A stretch of DNA of 64,000 bases, taken from the NCBI GenBank assembly GCA_965223265.1, contig OZ244999.1, positions 2,432,001 through 2,496,000 on the forward strand, read 5' to 3'. The notes beneath the pieces are model-generated. The model saw only the letters and a list, made by a program, of their open reading frames with translations, was not told where the DNA came from and searched no databases. Below are positions 29,101 to 39,586 of this stretch, one piece after another; the stretch's first letter is position 1, and each line of letters starts with the position of its first letter. Both the position numbers and the translations under genes were made by a program. This DNA is from Planctomycetota bacterium (GTDB taxonomy: Bacteria > Planctomycetota > UBA8108 > SXIK01).

Positions 29101-31273
29101 CCTCGAGAAGGTCACTTCATACGCCAACAGCGACGGCACGGGCACGGTCCGCAACCAGATCCTCTTCGAGTACAACGACCTTGGTCAGGTCAAGAAGTCT
29201 TGGCAGTCGCACGAGGGGAACAAGATTTCCACGACGCCGAAGGTTGAGTACGACTATGACCTCTCGGCTCTCAACAGTATCTACGATGATGGTGCACGTC
29301 TGAACTATGTTCAGTACCCCGATGGCCGCAAGATCCATTACGGCTATTCGACGGGCGGTTCGGCCTCTGACCGTATGAGCCGCGTTGTGTCGATCGCCGA
29401 GGATAACGGCTCGGGCTCTCCGGCCACGACACCGCTGGTCAACTACGCCTTCAATGGTCTAAGCCGGTTGGCTGAGACGAATTTCGACGAGCCTGACGTC
29501 CGTCTGACGTACCACCAGGGAGACGGCGACGGGGACTACGAGGGCTTTGACCGTTTCGGTCGCCCAAAAGACCATTTCTGGGACGGCTACAGTACAACCT
29601 CGGATGTTGACCGCTTCAAGTACGTCTACAACCAGGCCGGTACTGTTACGCACCGGATTATCGATTCGTCAATCCACTCGACGCAGGACAAGGACCAGGT
29701 TTTCGAGTACGACGGACTCGAGCGTCTGACTTCTTATGACCGGCGGGTGCTCGTTGGATCGATCAACTACGAGCAGGACTATACGCTTGATCAACTCGGC
29801 AACTGGACGGACTTTGTCGAAAAGACAAACGGCACGACGGATCTCGATCAGGACCGCGGCCATAACGACGTCAATGAGATCACCTCCGTCAGTGCCCCGC
29901 CGATGCAGCCGCAGTGGATCACACCGCTCTTCGACGCCGCCGGGAACATGACCGAAGGGCCGAAGCCGGGCGACGAGACAACGAAGCACCTCTATGTCTA
30001 CGACGCCTGGAATCGGCTCGTCAAAGTGAAAAACGCAGCAGGCACGACAACGCTGGCGACGTACGAGTACGACGGCTTGAATCGCCGGATCCGCGTCGAG
30101 GATAGCTCTCAGGAGAGCTGGGACTACTACTATAACGAAGACTGGCAGGTCATCGAGATCCGTGAGGACGCCGACCCCGATCCGCTCAAGCAGTACGTCT
30201 GGCACCCGTACTACATCGACGCGCTGGCGGTGCGCTTTTGGGACCAGCACACAACGGGAACGCCGACGACGCACTTCTACACCCACGATGCCAACATGAA
30301 CGTTACGGCGCTTTGCGGCGACGACGGAGGCGTGAAGGAACGATACGAGTACACTCCGTACGGCGAGGTAAGTATTCTGACCGCGGCTTTCGCAGAGAGG
30401 GGCTCGAGTCTCTATGATCAAGAAGTGCTTCACACAGGGCGCCGACGGGAGCCCATCTCTCGTCTTTACCACTGCAGAAACCGTGAGTATCATCCAAATC
30501 TCGGGAGATGGACTCGGCGCGACCCACGGGGGTTCGGAGACGGCATGAATTTGTACGAGTTCGTACGGGCCCAACCGGTTGGTAGAGTAGATCCGTACGG
30601 TCTCGAGAGTAAGATCTACTTCGAAGCGGAAGTTAAGATTCTTGAGTTGGATCTCATTTATGATGATGTCATGTATCATGCACGTATAGCCGATACATTC
30701 CGCTGTGAAAAAGACGTCCCGGTGGTTGGTCACGCGGCCCCCGAGACAATAGTCGATGAAGGGGATTCTCAAACAAACAATCCCCCTCATGTTGAACCGA
30801 ACGCAGATTGTGGAAAGAACCAGAGTCCTGGAGTTGTGTATTCATGGAACGGGTCTTCGATTGAGGACGACGCGTTAGGGATGGAAATCGCTGCGGGGCT
30901 CGGTGCTGCTGGTGCGGCAGGCGCTGGCGCTGTTTTCGGCTTCGGAGGTGGGGCCATAGCACTCGGAGCCCCTGCCGGTTGGCCCGGGGCTCTCGCGGGT
31001 GCTTCCGCTGGTGGTACCATTGGGGGCGCCGCAGGGGCTGGTGTTGGAGGGGCGGCTGAGGAATTACTTGATGACGAGTGGAGTTTGCACTGGCGAGTGA
31101 GGTTTAGGCTCTGCTGCATCTGCGAAGAAGCGAGAGAGGGGTTCATTGGGCCCGCAAGCCCGGATCCAGTTTACGAACCTAGGTTGAAGTTCCTCGAGGC
31201 AAACCTTAGCTTTGATTCGTTTGGGGAGGATGAGTTCGTGGCGGAGTCTTTCTGGGCTGCACGAGAACGCTAA
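26154..31273 (+). pseudogene. Rhs protein 2, lacking about 495 N-terminal residues, with a different C-terminal tip
   Basis: Sequence right after the IS4 end aligns to Rhs1 from EDTED (nt about 18585); core very similar; ends ...DPYG plus a divergent tip. The ORF's ATG (26144) lies inside the IS IR. Confidence 0.9.
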
Positions 31274-31296
31274 TGGCGTACGAATGTACGGCGACC

Positions 31297-31336
31297 CATG
31301 TGGCATTAGATAACGCTCGTTATCCGATGCCACGTG
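31297..31336. repeat. 40-bp palindrome made of two IS4-like ends (mini-IS remnant)
   Basis: CATGTGGCATTAGATAACG-CT-CGTTATCCGATGCCACGTG resembles both termini of the IS at 24616-26153. Confidence 0.7.
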
Positions 31337-31455
31337 GGTGATGACCCTGACCGCGGATCTGTGTCGAGAGTGGCAATGTATAGCTCGGGGTTGTTGGGAA
31401 TCTTCCAGAGTGAGGGCTCCTTCGGGTAAGGTACTTACCCGAATGGAGGTGACCA

Positions 31456-31764
31456 ATGGGAAAGCGATCGGAGTTGAGCGCCGCGAAACGGCGTGAGGTG
31501 GTGCTGGCGTTGATCAAGAGAGGAGAGCCCGCAGCGCAGTTGGCTCGAAGGTATGGAATCTCGGAACAGACGCTGTATCGCTGGCGGGACGAATTCCTCT
31601 CGGCCGGGGAGGCGGCGCTGTCGCCGAAGAAGACCGAGAAGGGAGACCCTCAACGACGAAAGATCGAGCAGCTGGAACGTGAGCTCGCTCAGCGTGACCA
31701 GGTCATCGGCGAGCTCACCATCGCCAATCGGCTTTTTAAAAAACTTTCGGACGGTTCCCTGTGA
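31456..31764 (+). CDS. IS3-family transposase OrfA
   Basis: HTH (LARRYGISEQTLYRWR) plus leucine zipper; slippery TTTTTAAAAAAC at 31733-31744. Confidence 0.85.
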   Translation: MGKRSELSAAKRREVVLALIKRGEPAAQLARRYGISEQTLYRWRDEFLSAGEAALSPKKTEKGDPQRRKIEQLERELAQRDQVIGELTIANRLFKKLSDGSL

Positions 31765-32276
31765 AGCAGCGAGACCGTGACCGAGTACGTAGCGAGATCG
31801 AGAGCAACGCTCCGGCCCGGCTTACCGAGGTGTTGCGGTTGCTGGGGATCGCCTCCAGTAGCTGGTACCGCGAGGCTGTGCCGAGCGAAGAGCGTAAGCA
31901 TCCCGGGCCGACTGCGAAGGCTATCCCCAAGGAGATTTCCGAAGCCGTCGTGAAGATGGCTACGGACAACCCGTGGTACGGCTACAAGAGGATCGCAGTG
32001 ATGTGTCGCCGTGCCGGCATCGCCGTGAAGGACCGGCAAGCGTACGTCGTGATGAAACTCCACGACCTGCTTCAAAAGCGTCGTTCAGCGGCAGTCGAGG
32101 CACATCAGGCCACGAAGCTCTTCGACCTTTTGCCACAGGGGCCAAACGAACTTTGGCAGATGGACGTCACCTACGTCCACATCCCGGGTCACGGCTGGCA
32201 TTACGTGGTGACGGTCATCGACTACTACTCGCGGTACTTGCTGGCGTGCTACTTGACGACAAGTTACTGCGCCAGC
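31761..32276 (+). pseudogene. IS3-family OrfB, truncated by the transposon end at 32277
   Basis: YGYKRI, PNELWQMDVTY, VIDYYSR; remainder of the DDE domain absent. Confidence 0.85.
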
Positions 32277-32509
32277 TGTTACGCAGCAGATTAAACCCGT
32301 CACCCAGCCAACCTAGCAGTCTTCCCCCTCCAGGGAAAAGTCTTCCCACCTCGCGGGCATTCCCTGCGTGATCGCGCCGCTTTCATCCTGAGAGAGCGAG
32401 CAGGTATGATGCCGGGCTCGTCGTGTAGAGCCCCCTTCAACCTCGGCATCAAAAAAAGCGGTGACGCGTCAGATTTTGGCGGATCTCGCTTCACCGCTGA
32501 AAACAAGCG

Positions 32510-33169
32510 ATGATCATCGTACGCTCGCTCTTCGATCGCATCGAGGAGCTTTTCGACGTCGCGCGGCTTCCGTCCGTTGAACAGTTGCGACCGTCGAGTT
32601 GCCCGCTGTGCGGCAATCTCGCATTTTCCCCAGGCGAACGACTTGGGATCGTGGGTCACGGCACCTACCGCCGGCAGGTGCTCGGCGTCGTCGAGGTCGA
32701 AGGAGAGTCGGTGACGCTGGTTCGGCGTTACTTCTGCCGCGGCTGCAGACACACGATCAGCGTCCTCTCGGGCGATCTTCATCCTCGCCGCTGGTATGCA
32801 GCCGGCGCGATCCTCGAGGCCCTCAGGCTCCACCTCCTCGAAGGAGAGAGCGAGCGCCAGATCCGCGAGCGTTTTAGCGTCGCGGTGGACTCCGAAAGCT
32901 GGCGGAGCCTTCGCCGTTGGCGCTCGGAGCTTCTTGTGACTCTCTGGTACTGGCTCGGGCGTCGTCTCGGCGTTCAGAAGAAGGTCGCAGCTCGCGGTGA
33001 TGGTGGCCGACGTCTGCGGCGGCTGTTTTCCGAAGCAGAAGTGGAGTTCAGTGCCGACGGCTCCACGGCGGCGCGCTTACTCCTTGGCTCGACCGTTCAC
33101 CTCCGGGGACACAGCTGGGCGCTGGGGCGCGACCCTCCAGAAAAACTCAAGGCGGAACTTCCCCTCTGA
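32510..33169 (+). CDS. Zn-ribbon protein (DUF6431-like), transposon accessory
   Basis: CPLCG...HGTYRR...RYFCRGC..TISVL...PRRWY. Confidence 0.75.
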   Translation: MIIVRSLFDRIEELFDVARLPSVEQLRPSSCPLCGNLAFSPGERLGIVGHGTYRRQVLGVVEVEGESVTLVRRYFCRGCRHTISVLSGDLHPRRWYAAGAILEALRLHLLEGESERQIRERFSVAVDSESWRSLRRWRSELLVTLWYWLGRRLGVQKKVAARGDGGRRLRRLFSEAEVEFSADGSTAARLLLGSTVHLRGHSWALGRDPPEKLKAELPL

Positions 33170-33270
33170 TCGAGCCTTCGGACATCCACAGAGGAGGTCC
33201 ATCTTCAGCGTTCACGACCCTCGCTACCCTCACCGCCGTTTCGATTCCCCAACAACGAACGGAGGTGCTT

Positions 33271-34443
33271 ATGAACGAAGAGCGCAGAAAAGAGGAAGCG
33301 CTCTTTCGCTACGCAGTCCTCGGCGATCTCCTGCACCGAGGTCTGCGCCGTGGTGAGCTCGGTCGCGTCCTCACCGAGCGCGCCCGCAAGCAGTGGAAAG
33401 GTCCCGACGGCCGCCCGCGCCGCATCGCCAAGAAGACTCTGGAGGAGTGGTTCTACAGATATCGCAATGGCGGCTTCGAGTCGCTGATGCCGTCGCCGCG
33501 CCGCGATCGCGGCAAGGTGCGGGCTCTGAAGGCAGAGATCGAAGAGCTCATCATCGCTATGAAGCGTGAAGATCCCGGTCGCTCGGCGCAGCTGATTCTT
33601 GAGGAGCTTGAGCTTGTCGGTCGTTTGCGCCGCAGGGAGGTGAGTGTCTCGACGATCCGAAGACTCCTGAGGCGTGAGGGACTCACCGGGGCGCGCATGG
33701 AGCTGGAGCGACCGACGCGTCTTCGCTGGCAAGCCTCTCGCTGTGGTGAGCTCTGGCTGTCAACGCCGGTTAATAAGCGCGTCTATTCGCCGGGTAACGT
33801 GAGCTCTCCGTACCCCGCGCCCCTGCCGAGCGGACGCCAGTCCGCACCCCGCGACCTCGCTCTCCCGGCGAGTCGCTCGTACCCCGCCTCCGAGTTCTGG
33901 GGTTGATCATCGCTCCACGGTGACGTAGCGTCGGCTGCGCGTGTGCTCGATCGTCTCGACTCAGAGAAAGTGACGACGCTCGATGATCTCAACCTGCGGC
34001 TCTCTTCTTGGGTGGAAGCACATTACAACACCCAGCCGCACTCCTCCCTCAGCGCCAAGACACCACTTGAGCTCTGGGAGGAAGACGCCGAGGAGATCCG
34101 CTGGGCTGATGATCGCGGCGCCATTGAGGAGGCATTTACCGACAAGCTCACGCGCAAGGTGCGCGAGGACTCCACATGCCAGTTGCGTGGTCGCACCTTC
34201 GAAGTGCCGCCGGAGCTCAGAGGGCGCTCGGTGGAGGTTCGTTACAGCCTTCTGCAGCCGGACCGTTTCTGGGTCGAAGACGGCCCCACGCGGATCCCAC
34301 TGAAAGAAGTCGATCCCGAAGCCAACGCGCGCCGCGCGCGGCAGAGGAACTCCCTAGAGAAGTCGAAAGAACTCCCTCAAACGGGACTCAATCCTGTTGA
34401 AGAAATACTGCGACGTGTAACCCAAAAGAGAAAGGATCTCTAG
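33271..34443 (+). pseudogene. DDE transposase with HTH N-terminus and Mu-transposase-like C-terminus; catalytic core missing
   Basis: ALFRYAVLG...TLEEWFYRY..ELW (to 33757), then unrelated sequence; resumes at about 33943 with YNTQPHSSL..TP, RKVREDST. Confidence 0.8.
33758..33942 (+). mobile_element. IS21-like left-end remnant
   Basis: Starts TGTCAACGCCGGTTAA with an internal CGCCGGKTAA repeat and TACCCCGC motifs like those near the IS21 end at 34752; right boundary approximate. Confidence 0.55.
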
Positions 34444-34996
34444 CGATGATGAATAAGGTCTTGAGTCGATTCGGTCTGGCGAAGAACCCCTTTACCAAAG
34501 ACGTCCCGGTGGACGAGCTCTTTGAGCACGACGGCACCGAGGGAGCTGTCAAACGCCTGAAGGCAGCGGTCGAAGGTCGCTCTTCGGCGGTGCTCACCGG
34601 TGAGCCCGGTACCGGCAAGACGTTCGTTCTGCGTGCCCTGGAGGAAAAACTGCCGAGCAATCGCTACCGCATCACCTACATCCACAACTCGCACGTTAAC
34701 ACGCGCGACTTCTACCGCCAGCTCTCGGTGGTGCTAGGGCTGGAGCCCAAGTGTCGACGGTGATCCGAAAGAGACACTATTCGGTGATTAAGCCGCTCCC
34801 CCGCTCCGGTTCTTCAGCGACCGATACCCCGCCGCACGCACTGCTCATACCCCGCCTTCCGATAACCGCGCACGGTCATCGCCGAGTTGATCACGGGCCA
34901 GCAACGCCGTAGTCTCGCCTCGCGCGTGATGAAAGCCGGGCTCCCCGTCAAAATGATTTGGCGATCATCGGGAAGCCCGTCCAAAAGACAGGCTGA

Positions 34997-35578
34997 GTGT
35001 CGCGCTCTGAGCTCTGCCTGTCCAGTCAAAGTTCGTGGCGGATGGGCGCTCGATCAACTCGCAGGTTCAGCTGCGATCGCTGCGGGAAGCTGGTCGACAT
35101 TTGCTCTGACTGCGATCGAGGCAATCGCTACTGCGGCTCGGACTGCAGCGCGGCTCGTCGAGCCGAGAGCTGCCGCAGCGCAAGCGCACGGTATCAAGGC
35201 ACTGAGTTAGGACGTCGCAGCCACCGCGCTCGCCAGAAGAGATATCGCAGCCGCCTCGTGCTCGCCTGCGGAACGCTGACACAGAGTTCTGCAGCGGAGA
35301 ACTCGAGCAGCGCGCAAGCGCCCGACTCCGAAGCCTTCGTCGGAACGACCGTGACTCATCACGGTTCCGCTTCGTCTGAACGTAACGTATTTCTCCCGTC
35401 GGACCGATCCGACAACTCTGCCGTCGCGACGCTGCGACAACTGGCAGATCCCGGACTGACATGTTGCATGTGTGTCGCTCGGTCCCGGCGCACGTGCGGT
35501 ACACGCTTTTGTCGGGAGAAGATCCTGGATGACGACCCCAGAAATCGAAGCGCAGATTCTCCGTCTTCATCACGGTGA
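34997..35578 (+). CDS. Cys-rich hypothetical protein upstream of istA
   Basis: CDRC....ICSDCDRGNRYC...C motif; start uncertain. Confidence 0.65.
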   Translation: MSRSELCLSSQSSWRMGARSTRRFSCDRCGKLVDICSDCDRGNRYCGSDCSAARRAESCRSASARYQGTELGRRSHRARQKRYRSRLVLACGTLTQSSAAENSSSAQAPDSEAFVGTTVTHHGSASSERNVFLPSDRSDNSAVATLRQLADPGLTCCMCVARSRRTCGTRFCREKILDDDPRNRSADSPSSSR

Positions 35579-36232
35579 GAAATGGCCACCTGGGACCATT
35601 GCTAACCAACTGAACGTCTCTCGTTCACTCGTTCGCAGAGTGCTCGAACGCAATGGCGCACCGCGAGCAACTCGAGCACGTTTGTCGAAAGCCGACGAGT
35701 ACGTCCCGTTTATCATCGCGACGCTCAGGAAGTATCCCCGCCTGACTGCCGTTCGTCTCTTCGAGATGGCTCGAGAGCGCGGCTACGAAGGTGGACCTGA
35801 TCACTTTCGCGCGATCGTTCGGCGTTATCGTCCGCCGAGATCGAGCGAGGCGTATCTACGCCTGCGAACACTTGCCGGCGATCAGGCTCAGGTTGATTGG
35901 GGACTCTTCGGCAAGATTCAGATCGGCGAGACGAGGCGTCCTCTCGTGGGCTTTGTCATGGTGCTCTCCTACTCGCGTGCAATTTTCCTGCGATTCTTCC
36001 CGACGCAGCAACTCGAACACTTCCTTGCCGGCCACCAAGAGGCATTTCAGCGATGGGGTGGAGCCCCACGCTCCATCTTGTACGACAACCTTCGGAGCGT
36101 CGTTGTAGAGCGAGTCGGCGATGCGATCCAGTTCAACGATCAGATCCATGCGTTCGCCGGACATTTTCGTTACGAGCCGCGTCCGGTTGCGCCGTACCGC
36201 GGCAACGAAAAGGAGTACGCTTCATACTGCAC

Positions 36233-38308
36233 CTATTCCCTTCTTTGCGTGGCAGGTTTTCTCGCCGCCGCTCGGTTCGGGCGGCATTTCCACTTGTACT
36301 TCTGCGGACGATCATCTCCGAGAGGTTCGTAGAGGTAGTCGTTTCGGTCGTTGTAGGCGTGAGCTTGCAGGAGTCCACGGCGACGCCAAGTCTTGACGGT
36401 GCAACGTGAGACATCGAGCTCTTGGGCGACCTCCTCCTGAGTGAGCATGCCGGCTTCTCGCAGGCGATCATAGCGGGGCTTGAGCTCGTAGTCCATCCGG
36501 AGCCGCCGTACCATGAGGCGGTCGAAGGAAAGCCCTTCGCCAGAACGATGTCCAGCGGCGTTCAGTTTGGCGGCGATCTGTACGTCGGTGTAGTTGTCGA
36601 GAAGCCGATCGATTTCCGCGATGACCTGCGGATGGGTCTGGCGTCGCTGCCAAGCCGGAATGGGGCGAGGCAGTGTGAAGGTGCGTAGCGCGCCGCCGCG
36701 GAACCGCACCTTCACTGCGATCGCCTCTTCCTTGCGGAGCGTCACGTCCTCGAGCAATAGACGCACCATGCGTTTTCGTTCCCTCGCCGGTGTTTTCGGA
36801 TCATTCCATAGCCGGGGGATATCGGTAGCGAGCTCGAGGATGCGAGCGTGTTCTTCCTTGTTGAGGATGACTCGATCTGCTTCTCTCTCGCGTTCGTACT
36901 CTGCCTCCGCCTCGCGCTGAGTCCGGAGCTTCCGATTCCAATCCGCTTCGAGTTCGTCAGCGACCAGACGGTTGTCGGGGTCTACCTGCAAGTAGCGACG
37001 ACGAGCGAGTTCCGTTTCGTAGCGAGCCCGCTCCACCTGCTGAGATCGCAGCCGATCGGCCTCGTCGAGGCGCGCCTGGATCTCTTCCTGGACAGCGAGC
37101 GTTACCTCGAGTGCCATGGGACTCACGGCCTCGATCAGAAGAGTGCCGATCGCCTCGTCGATGCTTGCTCCGGGAACGCATTGACACGACGGCGTAGCCT
37201 TCCGGATTCCCTCGCGTTGACACATATAGACGGGCTGGAGCTGACCGCGGTTTCTCTCATAGCGTACCGTCATACGTTTACCACAGACCCCGCAGACTAC
37301 GAGCCCTTGCAGGAGTGCCGGGCCTTCGCGCGGAGGGCTGCGTTTGCGGTCGTCGCCGTGAGCGCGCGCATTCTCCGTGAGGCGCCTCTGGTTCTCTTCG
37401 AATTCCTCTATTGGGATATATCCAGGATGCGCACCGGGTACGAAGGCCGTCCATTCTTCGCGCGGCAATAGACGATAGCGCTGACCGGTGACATCCGGAA
37501 GTTTCCGTTGACGCATGCGACCGTAGAAGAAGACTCCGGCGTAGCGAGGATTGTGCAAGACATGCAGTACCAGAGAGTGATCGAGTTCGGCCCAGAGGAT
37601 CTCTCCTTTGCTTGGTCCTGTCCGTGCCTTTCGTGGGAAGCGAAGTCCCTTCTCGCGGAACGCTTTCACCGTCGCTGTTGCTGAGCCGACTCGACGAAAG
37701 GTACGGAATAGCATCTGTATTGCGTCCCGCACCTGTCGGTCGGGGTGGAGCACGACTCGTCCTTCGGTATCGTAAATAAATCCTATGGGCAGCTTCGAAC
37801 GGAGCTCTCCCCGACGAGCCTTGTTGATGATCCCTCCCTGCAACCTGGCCTTCAGAACATGCAGCTCAGCCTCACTCATCGTCCCCTTCAGTCCCAAGAG
37901 AAGACGGTCGTTGAAGTGGGCCGGATCATAGATCCCGTCCTCATCGAGGATCAGAGTGTCCGTTAGGGCACAGATCTCAAGCAGTCGGTGCCAGTCGCTG
38001 GAGTTGCGAGCTAGACGCGAAACTTCCAGCCCCATGACGATCCCTGCGCGACCAAGACCGACCTCCGTCACCAACATCTGAAAGCCCTCTCGTTCGGTCG
38101 ACGAGGCACCTGACTGCCCAAGATCGCTGTCGATGACGACGACCCGCTCGGCAGGCCAGCCGAGGGCTAGCGCGCGCTGCTTCAAGTCGTACTGTCTTTT
38201 TGTGCTCTCGGTGTTCTCGAACACCTGCCGTAGCGTTGACTGACGAATGTAGAGGTATGCATTGCGAGCAAGATGCCGTGAGTCAACCTTCTGGTGGGCT
38301 TCGTTCAT
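36233..38308 (-). CDS. Large serine recombinase (resolvase, recombinase, Zn-ribbon domains)
   Basis: YIRQST catalytic Ser, DLGQSG, EVSRLARN, LHNPRYAG, LLQGLVVCGVCG. Confidence 0.95.
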   Translation of the reverse strand: MNEAHQKVDSRHLARNAYLYIRQSTLRQVFENTESTKRQYDLKQRALALGWPAERVVVIDSDLGQSGASSTEREGFQMLVTEVGLGRAGIVMGLEVSRLARNSSDWHRLLEICALTDTLILDEDGIYDPAHFNDRLLLGLKGTMSEAELHVLKARLQGGIINKARRGELRSKLPIGFIYDTEGRVVLHPDRQVRDAIQMLFRTFRRVGSATATVKAFREKGLRFPRKARTGPSKGEILWAELDHSLVLHVLHNPRYAGVFFYGRMRQRKLPDVTGQRYRLLPREEWTAFVPGAHPGYIPIEEFEENQRRLTENARAHGDDRKRSPPREGPALLQGLVVCGVCGKRMTVRYERNRGQLQPVYMCQREGIRKATPSCQCVPGASIDEAIGTLLIEAVSPMALEVTLAVQEEIQARLDEADRLRSQQVERARYETELARRRYLQVDPDNRLVADELEADWNRKLRTQREAEAEYEREREADRVILNKEEHARILELATDIPRLWNDPKTPARERKRMVRLLLEDVTLRKEEAIAVKVRFRGGALRTFTLPRPIPAWQRRQTHPQVIAEIDRLLDNYTDVQIAAKLNAAGHRSGEGLSFDRLMVRRLRMDYELKPRYDRLREAGMLTQEEVAQELDVSRCTVKTWRRRGLLQAHAYNDRNDYLYEPLGDDRPQKYKWKCRPNRAAARKPATQRRE

Positions 38309-38616
38309 GTGATGTCTCCAGCTTTTTCCCGCTCCAGCGCCATCCCCGCCAACACCACAACCACGTCCGAGCCGAGCGCACGGGGGATCACCGCCGCGGA
38401 GGAACGACCTGGCTGGGGTTCAATCGAGGAGGCACCGAGAAACTCAGTCCAAGCCTGCATCCAGGCCGCCATCCCACGGTGGACGAAGAGTGCGTACGCG
38501 TGTCTTCGAGAAGAACTGCCGCCTGCTGCCAGTGCGCCGCGCCGTAGCTCTTCGTATCGTGCCATAGACTCCCCCGGCTCTGAGTTCGAAGTGGCCGAGG
38601 AAGTCGCAGTAGTCAC
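38305..38616 (-). CDS. Small hypothetical protein of the recombinase element
   Basis: YEELR..AL....LFVHRGMAAW; overlaps both neighbours by 4 nt (alternative ATG at 38565). Confidence 0.7.
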   Translation of the reverse strand: MTTATSSATSNSEPGESMARYEELRRGALAAGGSSSRRHAYALFVHRGMAAWMQAWTEFLGASSIEPQPGRSSAAVIPRALGSDVVVVLAGMALEREKAGDIT

Positions 38617-39080
38617 TGCCGTTTTTTTTTCCGGCGCCTGAGCGCCCGTTGAACGCTGCGAGGGTGAACTTTGATATCGAACCGCTCTTCGATACGTGTT
38701 GCTAGCTGGGACGGTGAAAGAGAGCTGTCCTCTGTGAGAGCACTCTCGGCGAAGTCGAGCACGTCGTCTTTGAGTTTGTGCCGGCTGCGTGGTCCTCGTT
38801 TTCGCGGCACGAGACCAGGTATCCCGTCGCGTGCAAGCGCGGCCTGAGCGGCATAGAACGCTGGCCGGGAGAACCCGAACGACTTGGCACAGTCGCTGAC
38901 TGACGCCCCCTCGATCTGAGCCCGTCGAAGCATCTCGTACTTGACCTGAACCAGGTCCCGAGGGTCGAAGAACTCGTCGTCGGTGAAGAGGGGGTCGGTG
39001 ACTTTCTCCGGCTGGCGATTGAGCGCCTGGTGCTCGAGGAGATGGGTCTCCTTTGGATCCTTCGGTTTTCGCGGGCTCAT
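38613..39080 (-). CDS. Helix-turn-helix protein of the recombinase element
   Basis: FFDPRDLVQVKYEMLR, FGFSRPAFY, KRGPR..HKL, VHPRSVQRAL; GGAGG upstream. Confidence 0.85.
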   Translation of the reverse strand: MSPRKPKDPKETHLLEHQALNRQPEKVTDPLFTDDEFFDPRDLVQVKYEMLRRAQIEGASVSDCAKSFGFSRPAFYAAQAALARDGIPGLVPRKRGPRSRHKLKDDVLDFAESALTEDSSLSPSQLATRIEERFDIKVHPRSVQRALRRRKKKRQ

Positions 39081-39197
39081 GCAGACCTCCAGGTGACACC
39101 GAGAAGTATGTAATATAAATTACATCCCTAATCGCCTCGGTGTCAAGGTTCATTCTCGGAACGCCAAGGCCTATAAATAATTGGGTATTAGGCAAGC

Positions 39198-39586
39198 TTA
39201 CCCCTGCTCACCCTGCCCATCTTTCGGGACGTATTTTACTTTACCTTCATGGACGTCTTTTCCTTTACACTCTCCATCCTTCTCGGAACGATCGCTTCCC
39301 TCCACGTTCGTCACCAGCTCTACAAGGCGCAGGAGGTCGGCGACCCTGAAGAAGGCGCGGCCGGCAGAGACGACCACGAATGGATCCTCGGCACAAATGC
39401 TCGTCCAGCTCGCCGGCAGGCGCCGAAGACTCCCGTGATCGTCGTGGAAGTAGACTCGCTCCTCGCCCCAAACCTTGCCCAGCTCGACCAGCACGAACTC
39501 CCGTCCACAAAGCGGGTGAAAGGGGTGAGTGACTCGGAAAAGCTGCTTCGCATCTTTTCCGTCGACGGCATTCGACAACTTCTTCC
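39198..39586 (-). CDS. DUF5372 (Y4bD/Y4pK)-like protein running to the element end
   Basis: VTHPFHPL.GREF..., LPASWT....DPF; no ATG inside the element in integrated form (TTG at 39578 only). Confidence 0.75.

Larger units (their letters stand above)
36212..39586 (-). mobile_element. Large-serine-recombinase element with four genes, inserted in istA
   Basis: AA dinucleotide at both junctions (36210-11 and 39587-88); removal restores GAA AAA GGG CGC (EKGR) in istA. Confidence 0.85.

Noticed and set aside
33265-33906. Intact 213-aa transposase
   Set aside because: The C-terminal part is read-through into an inserted IS-end remnant
36208-36213. AAAGG as a 5-bp target duplication of the recombinase element
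   Set aside because: Removing it this way leaves istA frameshifted; the AA overlap restores both istA and the circle-junction ORF
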